Shown here: positions 50,723 through 63,195 of the stretch, piece after piece
Layout of the letters: every line of letters starts with the position of its first letter
How positions within the stretch are numbered: the first letter of the stretch is position 1
DNA from: Sphagnum compactum
Lineage: Eukaryota
Direction: 5' to 3'
Length of the DNA stretch: 64,000 nucleotides
NCBI GenBank assembly: GCA_965153455.1
Contig: OZ234493.1
Span: 25,844,213 to 25,908,212, forward strand
The notes under the pieces: generated by a model
The model's input: only the letters and a program-made list of their open reading frames with translations
Database searches by the model: none
What the model was told of the DNA's origin: nothing
Made by a program: the position numbers and the translations under genes

Positions 50723-52839
50723 TTATGCACATTGGCCAGGAACAAAACCCACTTGGTTGTTTACATTGTCAAAAACAATGCGGAAGCCTTGTTGCTGAAT
50801 GTTGCCAATAATTGAGGGTCCTGTGGTCCCAGCAAAGGCGAAACAATAGGTGTTGGAATTGTCTACAGGAATCAGGTAGTTGCTTGCAGGGAAGTCCATG
50901 TCTGCACCATTCTGAAAATGCAGGGTCACTGTGGGGACATCTACACTCATCATCCCTGCAAGATTGTAACAGGTATCAAAAAGGGAAAATCCAGGTGCAG
51001 GTCTTAACCTCCTTGTTCCTGCTCGGAAGGCATCCCTCATTGCTGTGTAAGCAGGCATGGCTAAGCGAGTGACTGAAGTTCCAGAATCAATGATCACACC
51101 ACCTTCACCCGTAGCATCATCCAGTTGGAACACTTGTGTAGGAATGGAGTCGAGCAGATTGCCCCCAACACTGATCCCTGTCAATTGCAGGTAGTAGAAG
51201 GTACCAATCCTTGCATTTTTCACTTGTGGAGTGAATGTCACTCCTGAAGCTGGAACTGAAGCATTTCCAAAGATGAGCAGTGACCTATCACTAGTGTCTG
51301 TTTCACGGTCTGTAAGACAATAGGAAAATTTCTCCCCTATTGCAGGACCCACTTGGCTGGGAAAAGACAGAGGACCTTTGCCAAGGCCCAAAAGCCCTGC
51401 AGCTCCCACAAAGTATCCTTCATTATCATGTCCACAACCCATTGGAATTGAGTTCAGAACAACAGCCGCACGGTCAGGTCCAGAAGTTGAGGCTGTAGAT
51501 TCTAGTGTGATAGTATCAGTGGAGAACTCTCCCACAGTGAAAGACCCATCGCCATAATCCACCTGCAGGCGGAAAAACACATTAACAAATCTTGTGCTCC
51601 ACGTCTCCAGGACACCAACAAAATGCAAATGTTCAGCTCATGTATTGCACAGGTCCAGATCACGCCACCCTAGAGTCAAAGAGCAAACTTCTTACATTTG
51701 AAGCCTGTTGGGGAAAACAAGAGCAAAAGTCAATCCAGAAGAAGGTGGGGCATGAACCTGGTAGAGGCAATCTCTCATCTGGCATCCACTTATATCTAGA
51801 TCCTGGCATAGCTTCGAGCCACATGTGACAGTTGCATATGTAGATGATCCCGAAGGGTTGAAGACAGGATCATCTTGCTGGTAACAATTCAAACATGGTG
51901 CACATTGTAACCACAAAATGTCACTGCCGGTATCAACCACAAGATAGGTTGCCTTGGGAGGTGTACCAATGGAAAGTCGAACGAAATACTCCCCACTTCC
52001 CATGGTCAATCCTGACACAACTGGAGCTTGAAGATCACTGGCTGCAGCTGCAAACTGCTGATCTAGGTTGTGAAATCTGCCCTGAGGTGCTGGTATCGCC
52101 ATCCGGCCTGATAGCACTCGCTGCTGTATGTAAGCATGGATGCCAGTCACCCGCACATGATCCCTTGCTATGCTTTCTTTCATCAGCTGCTCGTGTGTTG
52201 CATTGATCGGGCGGAAGGGTGATGAAGGAGCATACCTGTGATAGGTGGATGCCCAGGGATAGAGAAGCATTGCACATGCAGCGTTTAGGGTTTAGAAATT
52301 ATTGCAAAACTCTGCAACAGGAAAAAGGAAATCCCAACATAGAGAACGTCTTACACCAAATCCAGCTTTCTTTAAATTGCACCAAGCATATTAATCATTC
52401 ACGAAGCTTCAGGGCTTCTCAAGAAAGATTTCTAGTCCCAGCTGCACCCACCCACCCACCTGTGCATTAGGTTTGCTTGCACTCCGTGACCCCGGCTGTG
52501 CTCATGTGACAGGGAAGTGGTGGTGATGGTGGTCGAGCCCGTCCTCATGGGCAATTCAGACACCGGCCGCCAACTGAACTTGTCCTGCCATGACGCAGCT
52601 TTGGAAGTTCTTCCCGCAACATCCAGACTCTGGTACGCGTAAGATATCTCTGCAGCAGTATCTGAGAACACCTGTCTGGCCGACGAAACCTCAAAGAGAC
52701 CTGTATAAACCGTGAGCAAGACACCCAACCAGTAGTAGGAGTAGTACATGATGAGCAATACACAACTAGAATCAACGCGCTCGCTGCTGCTTCTTCTTCT
52801 TCCGCGCAGTAGGATCATCACGTCTCCGATCCCTCTCAT
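50723..52839 (-). CDS. Pepsin-family (A1) aspartic protease, nepenthesin/ASPG1-like, ~565 aa, 3 exons
   Basis: Exons 52839-52460, 52235-51758 and 51562-50723 splice in frame. Catalytic DTGS and DSGT; also GSGEYF, WLQCAPC..CY.Q, GCGHDNEG, GLLGLG and IIGNIQQQ. Hydrophobic N-terminal segment. Exact start ATG is uncertain. Confidence 0.93.
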
Positions 52840-53925
52840 AATTCCCAAAAACGCGCAATTCTGCTCAGAATATTCTAGCTCCCAAAGTTACCTCCCGACA
52901 CAACTTCCTGACTGACGACACCCCCAAGTACTCACTTAGACATCAATAAACCAAACAAACAAAAACTGTGCTCAGGAAGAAGAAACTCCACGTCCATCAA
53001 CTTCTGCAACAATCTATTTGTACAGTGTGAGGAAAGATCAAGTTCTCCGAAACTGATCATCCAGGTACAGACATCTAACTTCATGCCACCCGACCCCAAT
53101 GTACAAATTACAACAACCCAATGCCGCACTCAATAACAACAACAACGACAACAGTAAAATATAACACCAAAGAAACGAAGACAACGACAACGACGACAAG
53201 GAGCGATCCGTGTTCTTCAAAGATCAATTGCACAAAGTTATGACCAAGTAAGCAATTACATGATGCAGACAAAAACGACGAGACTCAAGTGTTTAGAAGT
53301 TTCTTTTTTAAAAGTAAGAGAAAAAGAGGAAAAAAAGCTGGATTATAGGACCAAGCACGCGTACATGCGGAATAGGATCCGAGCGAGAGATTTGAGTTTT
53401 AACAATCTAAATCAAAGCTTCAATGCATGTGTGCTCGATCAAGCAAGCAAAGAGAGGAAGAAGAAGAAGAAGACGACGACGTCTCAAAGGCGTCTCGGCT
53501 GCTGTTGTCATTAGGCACTTAATCGTGTTAAGGACTAGTAATCATGCTTAAGATTAAGTACTCATCTTGGGTTTAAATTTGGGTTTGAATTATTACGTGG
53601 TCCTGTCAATTATCTTAACTTTAGTAGCTAATTTTAAGAAACGTATTGATTTAACTTGTTTTTTGTGTTTTTTTTTTCAAACAAACATTTAAATTGATAT
53701 CACAATTATTGTTTTATTTCCACACACAAACAAACAGGCACTGAATTTGAAAAAAAAAATCCATTTTTTTCCTTCCGAAAACATAGAATTAATTACATCT
53801 GATGTGATCATATGTTTGAATTTTGTGTAGTATTAGGACTGAGAATGCTCTGATTTGGCTCTCAGGTCATGAGTTATAAGTTATAAGCCATAACCTTTGA
53901 CCTTTGTTTCCTTTGTTTCTTTTAA

Positions 53926-54117
53926 AGGTGCATTCACACCTAATGTTAACTCAGTGTTAAGCGAAGATCTAGGTGACATCTTAGGTCATACCCAATGTGA
54001 AATGGGTGATTGTTTAATATTAAGTGAATGTTAACTTTAGCATAAAATGTTTAGCTAGTCATTTAGAACCTAAACCTATTTACTCGAGTCCTTAAAACCA
54101 CTTGTGTGAATGCACCT
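53926..54117. mobile_element. Tourist-like (PIF/Harbinger) MITE, 192 bp
   Basis: Perfect 14-bp TIR AGGTGCATTCACAC / GTGTGAATGCACCT flanked by TAA on both sides (53923-53925, 54118-54120). Confidence 0.8.
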
Positions 54118-54889
54118 TAAAAGCAACCTACTAGTTAACAACCTACTAGTTAGCCCTTTGCTTCTTGGATGAAACTGTCATGAATGTTATTTCCATGGAT
54201 GAAAAGATGGCACCTCAATCCTCATTATGGTTGGTTATCCCTGGGTAACTGGAATGTTGATTCAACACATAAACAGTCAAGTGATTTCAAAAAAAAAATT
54301 CAAAATTCAAAAAAACAGAATTATGTTTGATGTGATCATGTGCCTTGAAGGATTGTTGTGTTGTTGTTATTGTTAGGCCTAATGATTTAATTTTAATTAA
54401 TAACTAGTGTGGCATGTGCTGTTGTTAAGTACATACTGTAACATAGTTTTCAGAGTATATATTGTTCTGTGAAAATCCAGTTTCCTAATTAAAAAACTAA
54501 TTAAATTTTTTTATTGAATTAACAATTATCATGTTTATGACAAATCATGGGTTTTATGTTCATTACCGTTAATTGTCACAAACTTAGTAGCTCATTAAGG
54601 AATGTATGAGCAACTTTTGAACCAAACCCATCTTTGATATGACAATTTTGTTTCCATTGACACAGCGTGTGAAGTGCAGGGTAACACCCGCAGTCTTGGG
54701 CATTACTGGAAACAAGTCGGCCTAATATATGTGGCCAGTATATAATATGGTACCAGCCAAATTGATAACCAGGGTATGTTTATTTGATGCAAAATTGGGA
54801 ATATTTTTGGTTTTTTGAGGTTATTTTTTTCAAAAATGCAGGGAATTTGTGAGGAAACATATTTTTCCCAAAATGGAGAAAAATCACCA

Positions 54890-55020
54890 CAAAAACCAAA
54901 ATTTTGTCACAATTGCTTACAATATGAAAGGGTGCTTAAGGTTTTCTACTTCCAAATTTGGCTAAATATACTTATGGAAAATCATCACTTGAACAACATC
55001 TCAAAATTGAAGAAAAAAAC
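54890..55020 (-). repeat. Dispersed repeat family copy
   Basis: CCAAATTTGGCTAAATATACTTATGGA..ATCA..AACATCTCAAAATTGAAGAAAAAAA is the reverse complement of the TTTTCAATTTTG.GATGT..TTAGCCAAATTTGG core. Confidence 0.55.
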
Positions 55021-57674
55021 ATTGGGTGGGTGCATTAAAATTTCAAAATCTAGTTATTTGATAACCTATGAATTATTATTATTATTATTTTTCAAATACT
55101 CTATCCAACTAGGTATTTTAAACAACCAATATTTAGCAAATTCTTGAACTTCAGCACCTTGTTCAAATCAGGTTATAAGGTCAAATTTTAGGGTCAAGTT
55201 CTAGGGTCTTCAACTTTTTAAGTTTTCTTAAAACTGCTATTGAAACTTAACAAAAGAACTGATCTATTTTCAAATTGACTTAAAACTTGAACTGAGGGTG
55301 CTACCCTTTTTGATAAGGTTTACATTTTTAAAGTACATAAACATAATTTTATGTAAAATATATAAAACTTAATCCTACATTTTACACAAGTTATTGTATT
55401 TAATTGGTTGTACATAATTAATATTATATAATCTTTATCTTGAAGTGTGTGTACTACTTGAACAAGCTAGATACACACTTTTAAAAATTATTTAGTTGTG
55501 TGTAATGGAGATGGAAGGGGACCTTGTCTTAGATCAAACTAATTTAATTTTTTTTGTGAAAATAACCAAAACCAAAGGGTTTTGAAATTCAAAAAACTGA
55601 TCTCAAGATTGGACTAGCGATTCCATAGAACAAAATTTTGAAATCAAGAGCTGGACAACATTGGTTTGGACCAATCCAAACTAGTGTAAAACCAATGTTG
55701 GGCAATTTTCAAGTATTGGGTGAGATTGTCCTCATAGGTATGGAAAACCTATGACTGTCACAGAAAATGGAACCAACAATTTTCATAAAAATTGAAAACT
55801 GTCCAACACAACACTGGTTTGTATGAGTGTTTGGTGTAGAAGTGTCAATAGTTGTAAATACAACATGTAAAACTTGTGTATGTGTAAATAATTTACACTT
55901 ACATTTACATTGTTGTCGTATATATATATATTTTTACACTTACACACGCATGGGTAAATGTTTTGAGATGTGTACATGTAAATGTATATATTATATACCC
56001 TTAATGGCCATGCCTTCTTGCAAATTCATACTAATTAGTTGTGAGTGCATCCCAAAGCTTAATTTCTTTTTTTTGCAATGGGCTACTTTGATTGGCCCTT
56101 GAGAAAAAATCACAATACTTTGATTCTCCCCAAATATTAACATTTTGTACCAATATGGGAATATGGTGGTGCTGTTCCAAAGAAAATTTTGAATGAACAG
56201 TGAGCCATCACCCCTAGAATAGTCGCTCATTTTGACAGTGTGATCCATCCTAATTATCATATGAATATCTTGTCTGAGCAGGCACAACTTGTTATTCCTT
56301 TAATTTGAAAACATCATATGTGTAGTAAATCATTTCATAACAAACATTCCTCCTCCAATGCCTTTTGCAAGTGCAATAAATTCATTCAAACAAGGCTTCC
56401 TTATCATGTCTGAAAAATTCTAAGTGCAAAAGCTATGCAACGAATGCAAACATCATAAGAAGATGTCAAGATTAGAATCATCCAAAAAATAAATCACATA
56501 TATTACTTTACCTATTTCTTCAAGATCTCGTGCACTTAAAATTACAAGCATTATGATACAACCAACAGTGTTCCCATCAAAAATCAGAGTCAGAATTTTC
56601 CTACTAATCCAATTCTATTACACTAATTACATATAAGCTTAAGAGCATAGTGAACCAAAATATTATCCTCACCAATTCCCTAGTATGGCTTAACATGAAA
56701 ATCATAACAAGGCTGCATTTCAGTAAATGAACCAAAGAAGGGTCAGTGGTTATCTGCAGTAGACCCATGGCACTAAGATTTGCATAGTATATTCCAATTA
56801 AGGCTCACATTGAAGAAAACTCAGGAGGCACCTAAAATCATTTTTGAGACCTTTACAAATGTTTTTGGTTTAGTGAACCAGCTACTTCAATAATCAATTT
56901 GCAATGATAGATTTTCACTCATGTAAAAGAGCACAGAAAAAGTTTTTGGTTACATTGGGTGGAGTCGAAGCAATCAAAATCTGTGGGACGTAGAAATGAA
57001 AATTGCTACCAAATTTAATTCCTACCAAATTTCAGGTAAAGTTACAGGTAAAGAGTGAAGTTGGGCAGCATAATATCATGGTATATTCCAGCAAACTGTG
57101 TGACCATCAGAGAGGATCAGAGTGGGCTTGGCATTGAGCAAACCTCCTCTGGAAAAGAATTTTGTTGATGATGTAATAAAACACATGCATTGTAACATGT
57201 CATAAGAATATGAGCAATAAATTAGTCATATATCTTTAATGAATAGCTCGTAGTAAACCCGGCATCACCACCTGCATTAATATATATAGTCAACATGTCA
57301 AATTCACCTAATTCTTGGAAAAGATCTACAACAATTTTGTTGTCCCCTTTCAATAGGAATGAAATTCCTTGACACATGTTCTTGCTGATCTCTGATCAGG
57401 TTCCGCCTAAACCCTAAACAACAAACTTCTAGACCACAAAACTTAAATCCAAAAGGGTTTTACAGTCCATTATTTTCTGAGAAATACCATCAAAAGACAG
57501 GCCCAGAGTCGGGACTTCCGAAGCCCCCCTTATGCAATACTCCAGGAGAATCAGTTTTATAGATCAGCTTAATTATTAGTCATATTAAATAAGAGAACTG
57601 ATCTACCTAGATGCATTTTTCTGAATTTGTAGATCAAGTTGAAGCTTTTCCATTCAAAGGATATATATCTAAGG

Positions 57675-57812
57675 TATATTGCAAGCCGCCAAAATATAGC
57701 AGGATTCTTGAAATTTTCTACTTTCCTCATTGACCTATAGCCAAATTTGGCTAATTCCTCTTGTGGATGATTGTCAGTGTGGTTACATGACAAAATTGCA
57801 AGAGAAAAAAGA
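57675..57812 (-). repeat. Dispersed repeat family copy
   Basis: CGCCAAAATATAGCAGGATTCTTGAAATTTTCTACTTTCCTC..TAGCCAAATTTGGCTAATTCCTCTTGTGGATGATTG..CAAAATTG. Confidence 0.6.
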
Positions 57813-58122
57813 AGAGAACCCTACTTGAAAGTAGAAAATTTGTGCCAGTTTTGCAGGTAATTTATTTGATAAATGGGTAACACTAATTTTAAGAGATTTT
57901 GATCTAGTTCTTAATATGCCAGAGATGAACAAGAGTTTAACCTAAGACTGCATTTTTAATCTAGGCAATTCTTTGGGTTTAGGAGGTTGTAAGACTAATT
58001 GATCTGCAATCAATTAGTCTTAGGATCATATGTAATTAGAATTTGACATGATGAGAAAGGCTGGTTTCACATAACCTCAAATAGAATTCTTGATTTTTAA
58101 AAAAATCCAGAAGTCTTTTTTT

Positions 58123-59657
58123 TTATATGATGGTTTTTCCAAGGATGAAGAGTGTGAGGGAGAAAGTAACCCCAAACATCGCGTATAGGAAGCCACGATC
58201 TAGCACGAATCCATATAGAGAAATTCCAGCTCGCGAATGTTGTAAATATGTCACTGCAACAACCAACAACAACAATCACAGCCACAATTTCATCAAATTC
58301 ATGACTTTGATCTAGATGTACATGCCCCCTTACAAATCAAGCATTATACCAGGGAAGTATAACTAGTTTTGATGAGTCTGGAGTGCACTGTGCTTTTACC
58401 CAGGGCTTGACGCTTTTGGTAAGCCTCAAAGTCATGAATGGATTGCTCAACTTCAGTTTTGAATCTTGGCACTGATGAAGAATCAGCGAGATCATCAAAC
58501 GAGTCATTGTACAAAAGAGGATGAGCTGGTCCATAGAGCACGGCTGCAGGCGATCTTTGTGAATTAGGAGGATGATCTCCAGAGCTGCAGTTCATGCTGT
58601 TATCGACTGCAGCTGCATGGTCTGCAGCGAAATATGCAGCTGTGACAGCTGATGGATTACAAGTCGCCAGAGCGTGCCATTGACTCACTATTCCCACAAT
58701 TCTTTGAGCTCTATGCGTAATCTTGGCTGCTCCGTGAAGACATAGTACAAGACCCGTCAATTGCACCACAGAACACACCTGCCCATACAACATCATGTAC
58801 AGATACTTACAGCACATGTATAATGATTAATCAGCATGGAGAATTTCTGTATCTGCAGAGAATCAGATGGAATTCTGTTTCTAAAGATTCTGGTGGAATC
58901 CTGCAGTTTCTAGAGATTCAGGAATTCTGTTAATTTTTGAGATTCTGGAATATTCTTTTCTAGACGTTGTGGAATGTACTCTTTCTAGAGATTCCTGGGA
59001 GTTTTGAGAGTCTCGGAATATTCTCTTATAGAGATTTTGGAATATTCTTTGATCATTACCGCGAGATCACCGGCCCTGAAGAAATTGATGGATTTGGCGG
59101 ATCCAAGAATGACAAAGAGTGAGCACATCTGGCTGAAGCTGATTGTGAACAGAGACGAGACCATGAAGATCCGGAACCTGTGACTGATAGTAAGCAATTG
59201 ACTCCTGATACGCATGTGCTCAGAGAGGATGATAGAGACGTCGGGCGTTTCCTCCAACAGCTTCTTGTAGCCCTTGAGACGAAGGATTTGGAGGCAGCAC
59301 ATGAGTCTGAATAGGACGCACATGAAAAGGAAAACTGAGGTGCGGTACAGCCATGACAGCATACCAGCAAAGCACAGCACCACGTTGATTACTCTGGGGT
59401 GCTCCCCTCCGGGGAGTACGAAGAAGGGAATGGAGATTGAAACATATAGATACCACCATACCCTGAAAATCAGCTCTATCAGGAAACAGGGAAGAAGAAT
59501 CCATCGCAGTAAGGAGAAGGCGCTCTGCAAAGCTCACAATTGCAAACCCGATCTCTCGTGGAATCAGCTCGCAAGTCAATCTAGGACCTCCAGAAAACTG
59601 CAGATATGTAGAGCACAACAAATTCGATAAAGGAGGCAGCTAACTAGATTTGAGGCC

Positions 59658-59696
<39 letters not shown>

Positions 59697-60526
59697 CACA
59701 CACACACAGAGACGAAGAGAGAGAGACAGAGAGCTCTCACATGAAGTTCCTGTTCGTACCCTAGCTGAACTTCGTGGGACTCCTTCATGATCTTGTCGAG
59801 AAGAAGGGTGCGTCGGAGCCCGTAATGACGAATAATGTGGGAGAGGCAGAAGAACGAAACGGCAGCTAGTGCAGACTCCGAGACTTGCACCAACTGCTCA
59901 AAGGGATGGCTATGCTCTTCGCCGCATTCCGAGCATGACACGAAAGTGTAGTTGGAAACCGGAACGACAACGGCAAACAAGGAGAAAACGATCCATGACA
60001 GGACTACTTTGGTCGGAGTCGATTGATCTAGTCCTAGCCACGCGAGTCCAGATCTGAAATGCCGCAGCTCGTCTTTCGGATTCGAGAGCAGCCGTTTGTA
60101 AAGAGCCCTTTTTGCAATGCTCCGAGCTGCTTCTTCATCACATATAATACGTCGCCGCGGTTCACTAGTGCTTCTTCGCTCAACATCATCATCATCATCA
60201 TCAGCATCACCAGCGGCGGCTTCTTCTTCAGCGAAGGCGACATTGGCTCCGAATTTCACGGCCAGCTTCGGTGATCGATGCCGCGGCTGCTTCATTTCCG
60301 AATCACTAGAATCAGAGGAACTGTCATGTCGATATTTTATAGTACGATTCCGCGACCGGGTGCAGATGGAACTCTCCGGCTCGCGATCCATCACTGGTGT
60401 GCGTGGGCCAGCAGGTGCAGGTGTAGCTTCTTCACCATTTTGTTCGTGACGATCTGCATCATCGACTCTGGCAGCGACATAGAATGGGACTCGATCAGCT
60501 GCTGCGGCAGCGTCTCCTCGATCCAT
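58123..60526 (-). CDS. DUF3537 family multi-pass membrane protein, ~586 aa, 4 exons
   Basis: Exons 60526-59741, 59524-59060, 58778-58400 and 58253-58123 splice in frame with GT-AG. Family motifs DELRHFRSGLAWLGLDQS, YGLRRTLLLDK, LTISHRFRIF, AAKITHRAQ..QWHALAT and KRQALVTYLQH..GISLYGFVLDR. Confidence 0.92.
59661..59732. repeat. (GA)n/(CA)n compound microsatellite in intron 1 of the DUF3537 gene
   Basis: Direct inspection. Confidence 0.85.
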
Positions 60527-60921
60527 TGTATTTGAAGCAGGCAAAAACACGCACACACAACACACACACAAAAAAAATTGCTTGCACAATTGGAACCCTT
60601 CCCGATTCTGGGATCACAACACGTCCCGATCTCGAAATCATCAGATCAGAAGCTTTAGCCTCTCCTAATTCCTGCGATGCTGCAGCACAGCGACGAGTTG
60701 CTGTAATTGGAAACGAGTTCGCAGTTCTGTGTCCCGGACCTCACGACGCAGCAGCCTCGGCGCGCGCGCGCACAGCTCCAAACTCGAACTTCTGTGTCCA
60801 ATTAAGGATATTTTGGGCACTTTCGCACCAGCCCATTTTTCACTGGCGAAATTTCGCCTACAAGGAATTTTTTTTAAAGCCGAAAATGTTCAATGAATTT
60901 GGAGGGTTTTAAATCGCCAGA

Positions 60922-60923
<2 letters not shown>

Positions 60924-60966
<43 letters not shown>
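60924..60966. repeat. (GA)n microsatellite upstream of the DUF3537 gene
   Basis: About 21 GA units. Confidence 0.9.
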
Positions 60967-60969
<3 letters not shown>

Positions 60970-61670
60970 CATTAAATAAAATCGTCAGTTTTTAAATCTG
61001 GTTTCAGTGTTCAGCCATAAATATAGAAGGTTGATTAAAGATCTGTATTTTCTTCCTTGGGAAGAAATTGCCTTTTTTTTAACATAATCATATAGCCTGT
61101 GCCATTGGCCCAAGTGTGAACCGGTTACCCAACTATTGTCTCCTCCCATCATGTTTTTGTTATTTAATTGAATTTCCAATGAAAAAAATCAATATCACCC
61201 ATACCTTAGGTCCAAATATTTCCAAATCTTCTTCATTAAATCTTACTCATCAAGGACTTTCCAACAACATCAAGAGTGTGTCCCAAACTTCCTTTTTTTT
61301 AAAAATTATTTAAATGAATTTTTAAATATTCAATATTCAATAACTTCTCCACCATAGGTCAAAATGTCATAAACCAACAAGTGCAACCCTACTCATGGAG
61401 GGCTTTCCAACGGTACCAAGACCTCCAAGAGGTCATGGTTCAAGAAATCTCAACCTGGAAAAGAAGCAAAACAAACAGACCACTGTCCTTCATAGATAGA
61501 TGATTGCCACTTACTACATAACAAAATTCTTTTAAAAAAACATTGTTTTGAACACACAAGTTGCTTGCTAATTTTTTTAACACCAAAACTGTTAGATTTA
61601 AGTTTGCAACCCTGAGGGCAATATATGTGAAGTTATTCTGTGTGGGAAGTTTTTTTTTAATGAATTTTTT

Positions 61671-61935
61671 AATGTCTAGCGTAAGTGGTGATCATACATA
61701 GGAAGATGCAGAAAAAATGGCACCATGAAGCCATAGCCAGTAGCCAAATCTGGTCACAAACCAGATATGAAGTACAAATCTTTAATCATTTTTTCATACA
61801 AACTCAAAGCCAAGTACAGAAATCTGGCCTTAAAAAAAAATCTCACTTATGGTGATTGAAACTTTTCAAAATCACTTCATTTTTGGTTTTCTAATTTCAA
61901 ATTTTCTTTTAAATTTGCCAGTAAAAAGAAGGGCT
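61671..61935 (+). repeat. Dispersed repeat family copy
   Basis: Homologous to 187-440 (GGAAGATG.AGAAAA.TGGCA, TAGCCAAATCTGG, AAACCAGATATGAAGTACAAATCT). Confidence 0.6.
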
Positions 61936-62938
61936 GGGCCAGAGGGAACCAGCACCCACCAGCTCACCAGTCACTGGATGCCCATTATGACTCAGTTGTG
62001 GATGAACCTCAACCAAGTTAATATCTGGTTTTGCCTTGCTAACCCATTCTACAAGAAGTAGGACCTTCTACATATAGTGAGATAGATTAGCTATGAAAAT
62101 ACTAGTGACTATTAGTAGATATTATGTAGATTGTCTGTACATAGGTAAGGGCTGTTTTTACTACCTACCTAGTAACTAGCTTATAAGTAGTAAACTATAG
62201 GGAACTGGAACCCAACATAAAACTGTTTTCTGATTACTCTCCATCCATCCTTCATAAGTGTTTCGTTGCTATATATAGCTTTCTACAGAACTTTGAAGTG
62301 AAAGTAATGGTTTTCCTATATGGCCTTGTCTGCCTCTTTTTAGTGCCCTTACAAAGTCCGAATGAATGGAGAGGTCCTATGTGGTCTAATGGACCTAAGT
62401 CGGGCAGGTTGGGAGACCTATTATTTACAAGACCATTCTGTAAAATTCATGCCCCTTATACAAATCCATATGAAAACGTGGAAGTGTGCTTGGTATAGCC
62501 CCTGTTGCTGCCCATTCCAAAATTTGGGCTCACCCAGGTTCCAGGCTGCCCCAAATTCCACCTGGTCACAATGGCCTGTACCTGGCATGCTCCATAATAT
62601 GAAAGTGGCATCCAGCCAAAACAAACCGTGGTTACAACTATCATGGTTTCTGTTGCAAAATTATGCCCAGCATTTTTCATTTGCATTTTTCATTCTCTAA
62701 ACCCTCCTACATCCAACTCACACAACCCAGGTGAGTAAGTATCATATTAAGTTAGTAGGTAGCAAATATAAGTGGTCACTATGTAGTTAGGTAAGTGTGT
62801 CACATGTGGGTGGTTAGTAGTTAGTACATTGGTAATCACTGTGGTTAGTTGAGGGGGGAATAAAATGAAAAAGTGTTTCCTGTCCACATACCATCCATCC
62901 TACATGGTGTGTTGATGGAGGCTGGTTCACTCTGGCCC
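61936..62938. mobile_element. MITE-like TIR element, copy B (~1.0 kb)
   Basis: 18-bp TIR GGGCCAGAGGGAACCAGC / GCTGGTTCACTCTGGCCC (1 mismatch). Subterminal homology with 14962-15670 and a right-end fragment near 18580-18628. Confidence 0.7.
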
Positions 62939-62944
62939 CTCTTT

Positions 62945-63195
62945 GTTTTTTTCAATTTTGAAACGTGGCTCAAGAACCAGTAACCTCCAGAAGAAGATTT
63001 GCCCAAAATCAGCTATGAAAGTCAAAAAATTAATAATCATTCTATATTTGGCTACCTGCTGAATGTGTAATAGAATTCTGGTGATTTAATTTCTTCCTAA
63101 TGTGGCGAGTTAGGGTCATTTTCCATTGAAAATCCTTGGAATAGTTTGAAATCATTTTTTTTTTAAGGTCCAAATATTGTAAAATTCGCCAGAAA
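62945..63195 (+). repeat. Dispersed repeat family copy
   Basis: TTTTTTCAATTTTG..CAGAAGAAGATTTGCCCAAAAT..AATCATTCTATATTTGGCTAC resembles the other copies. Confidence 0.5.
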
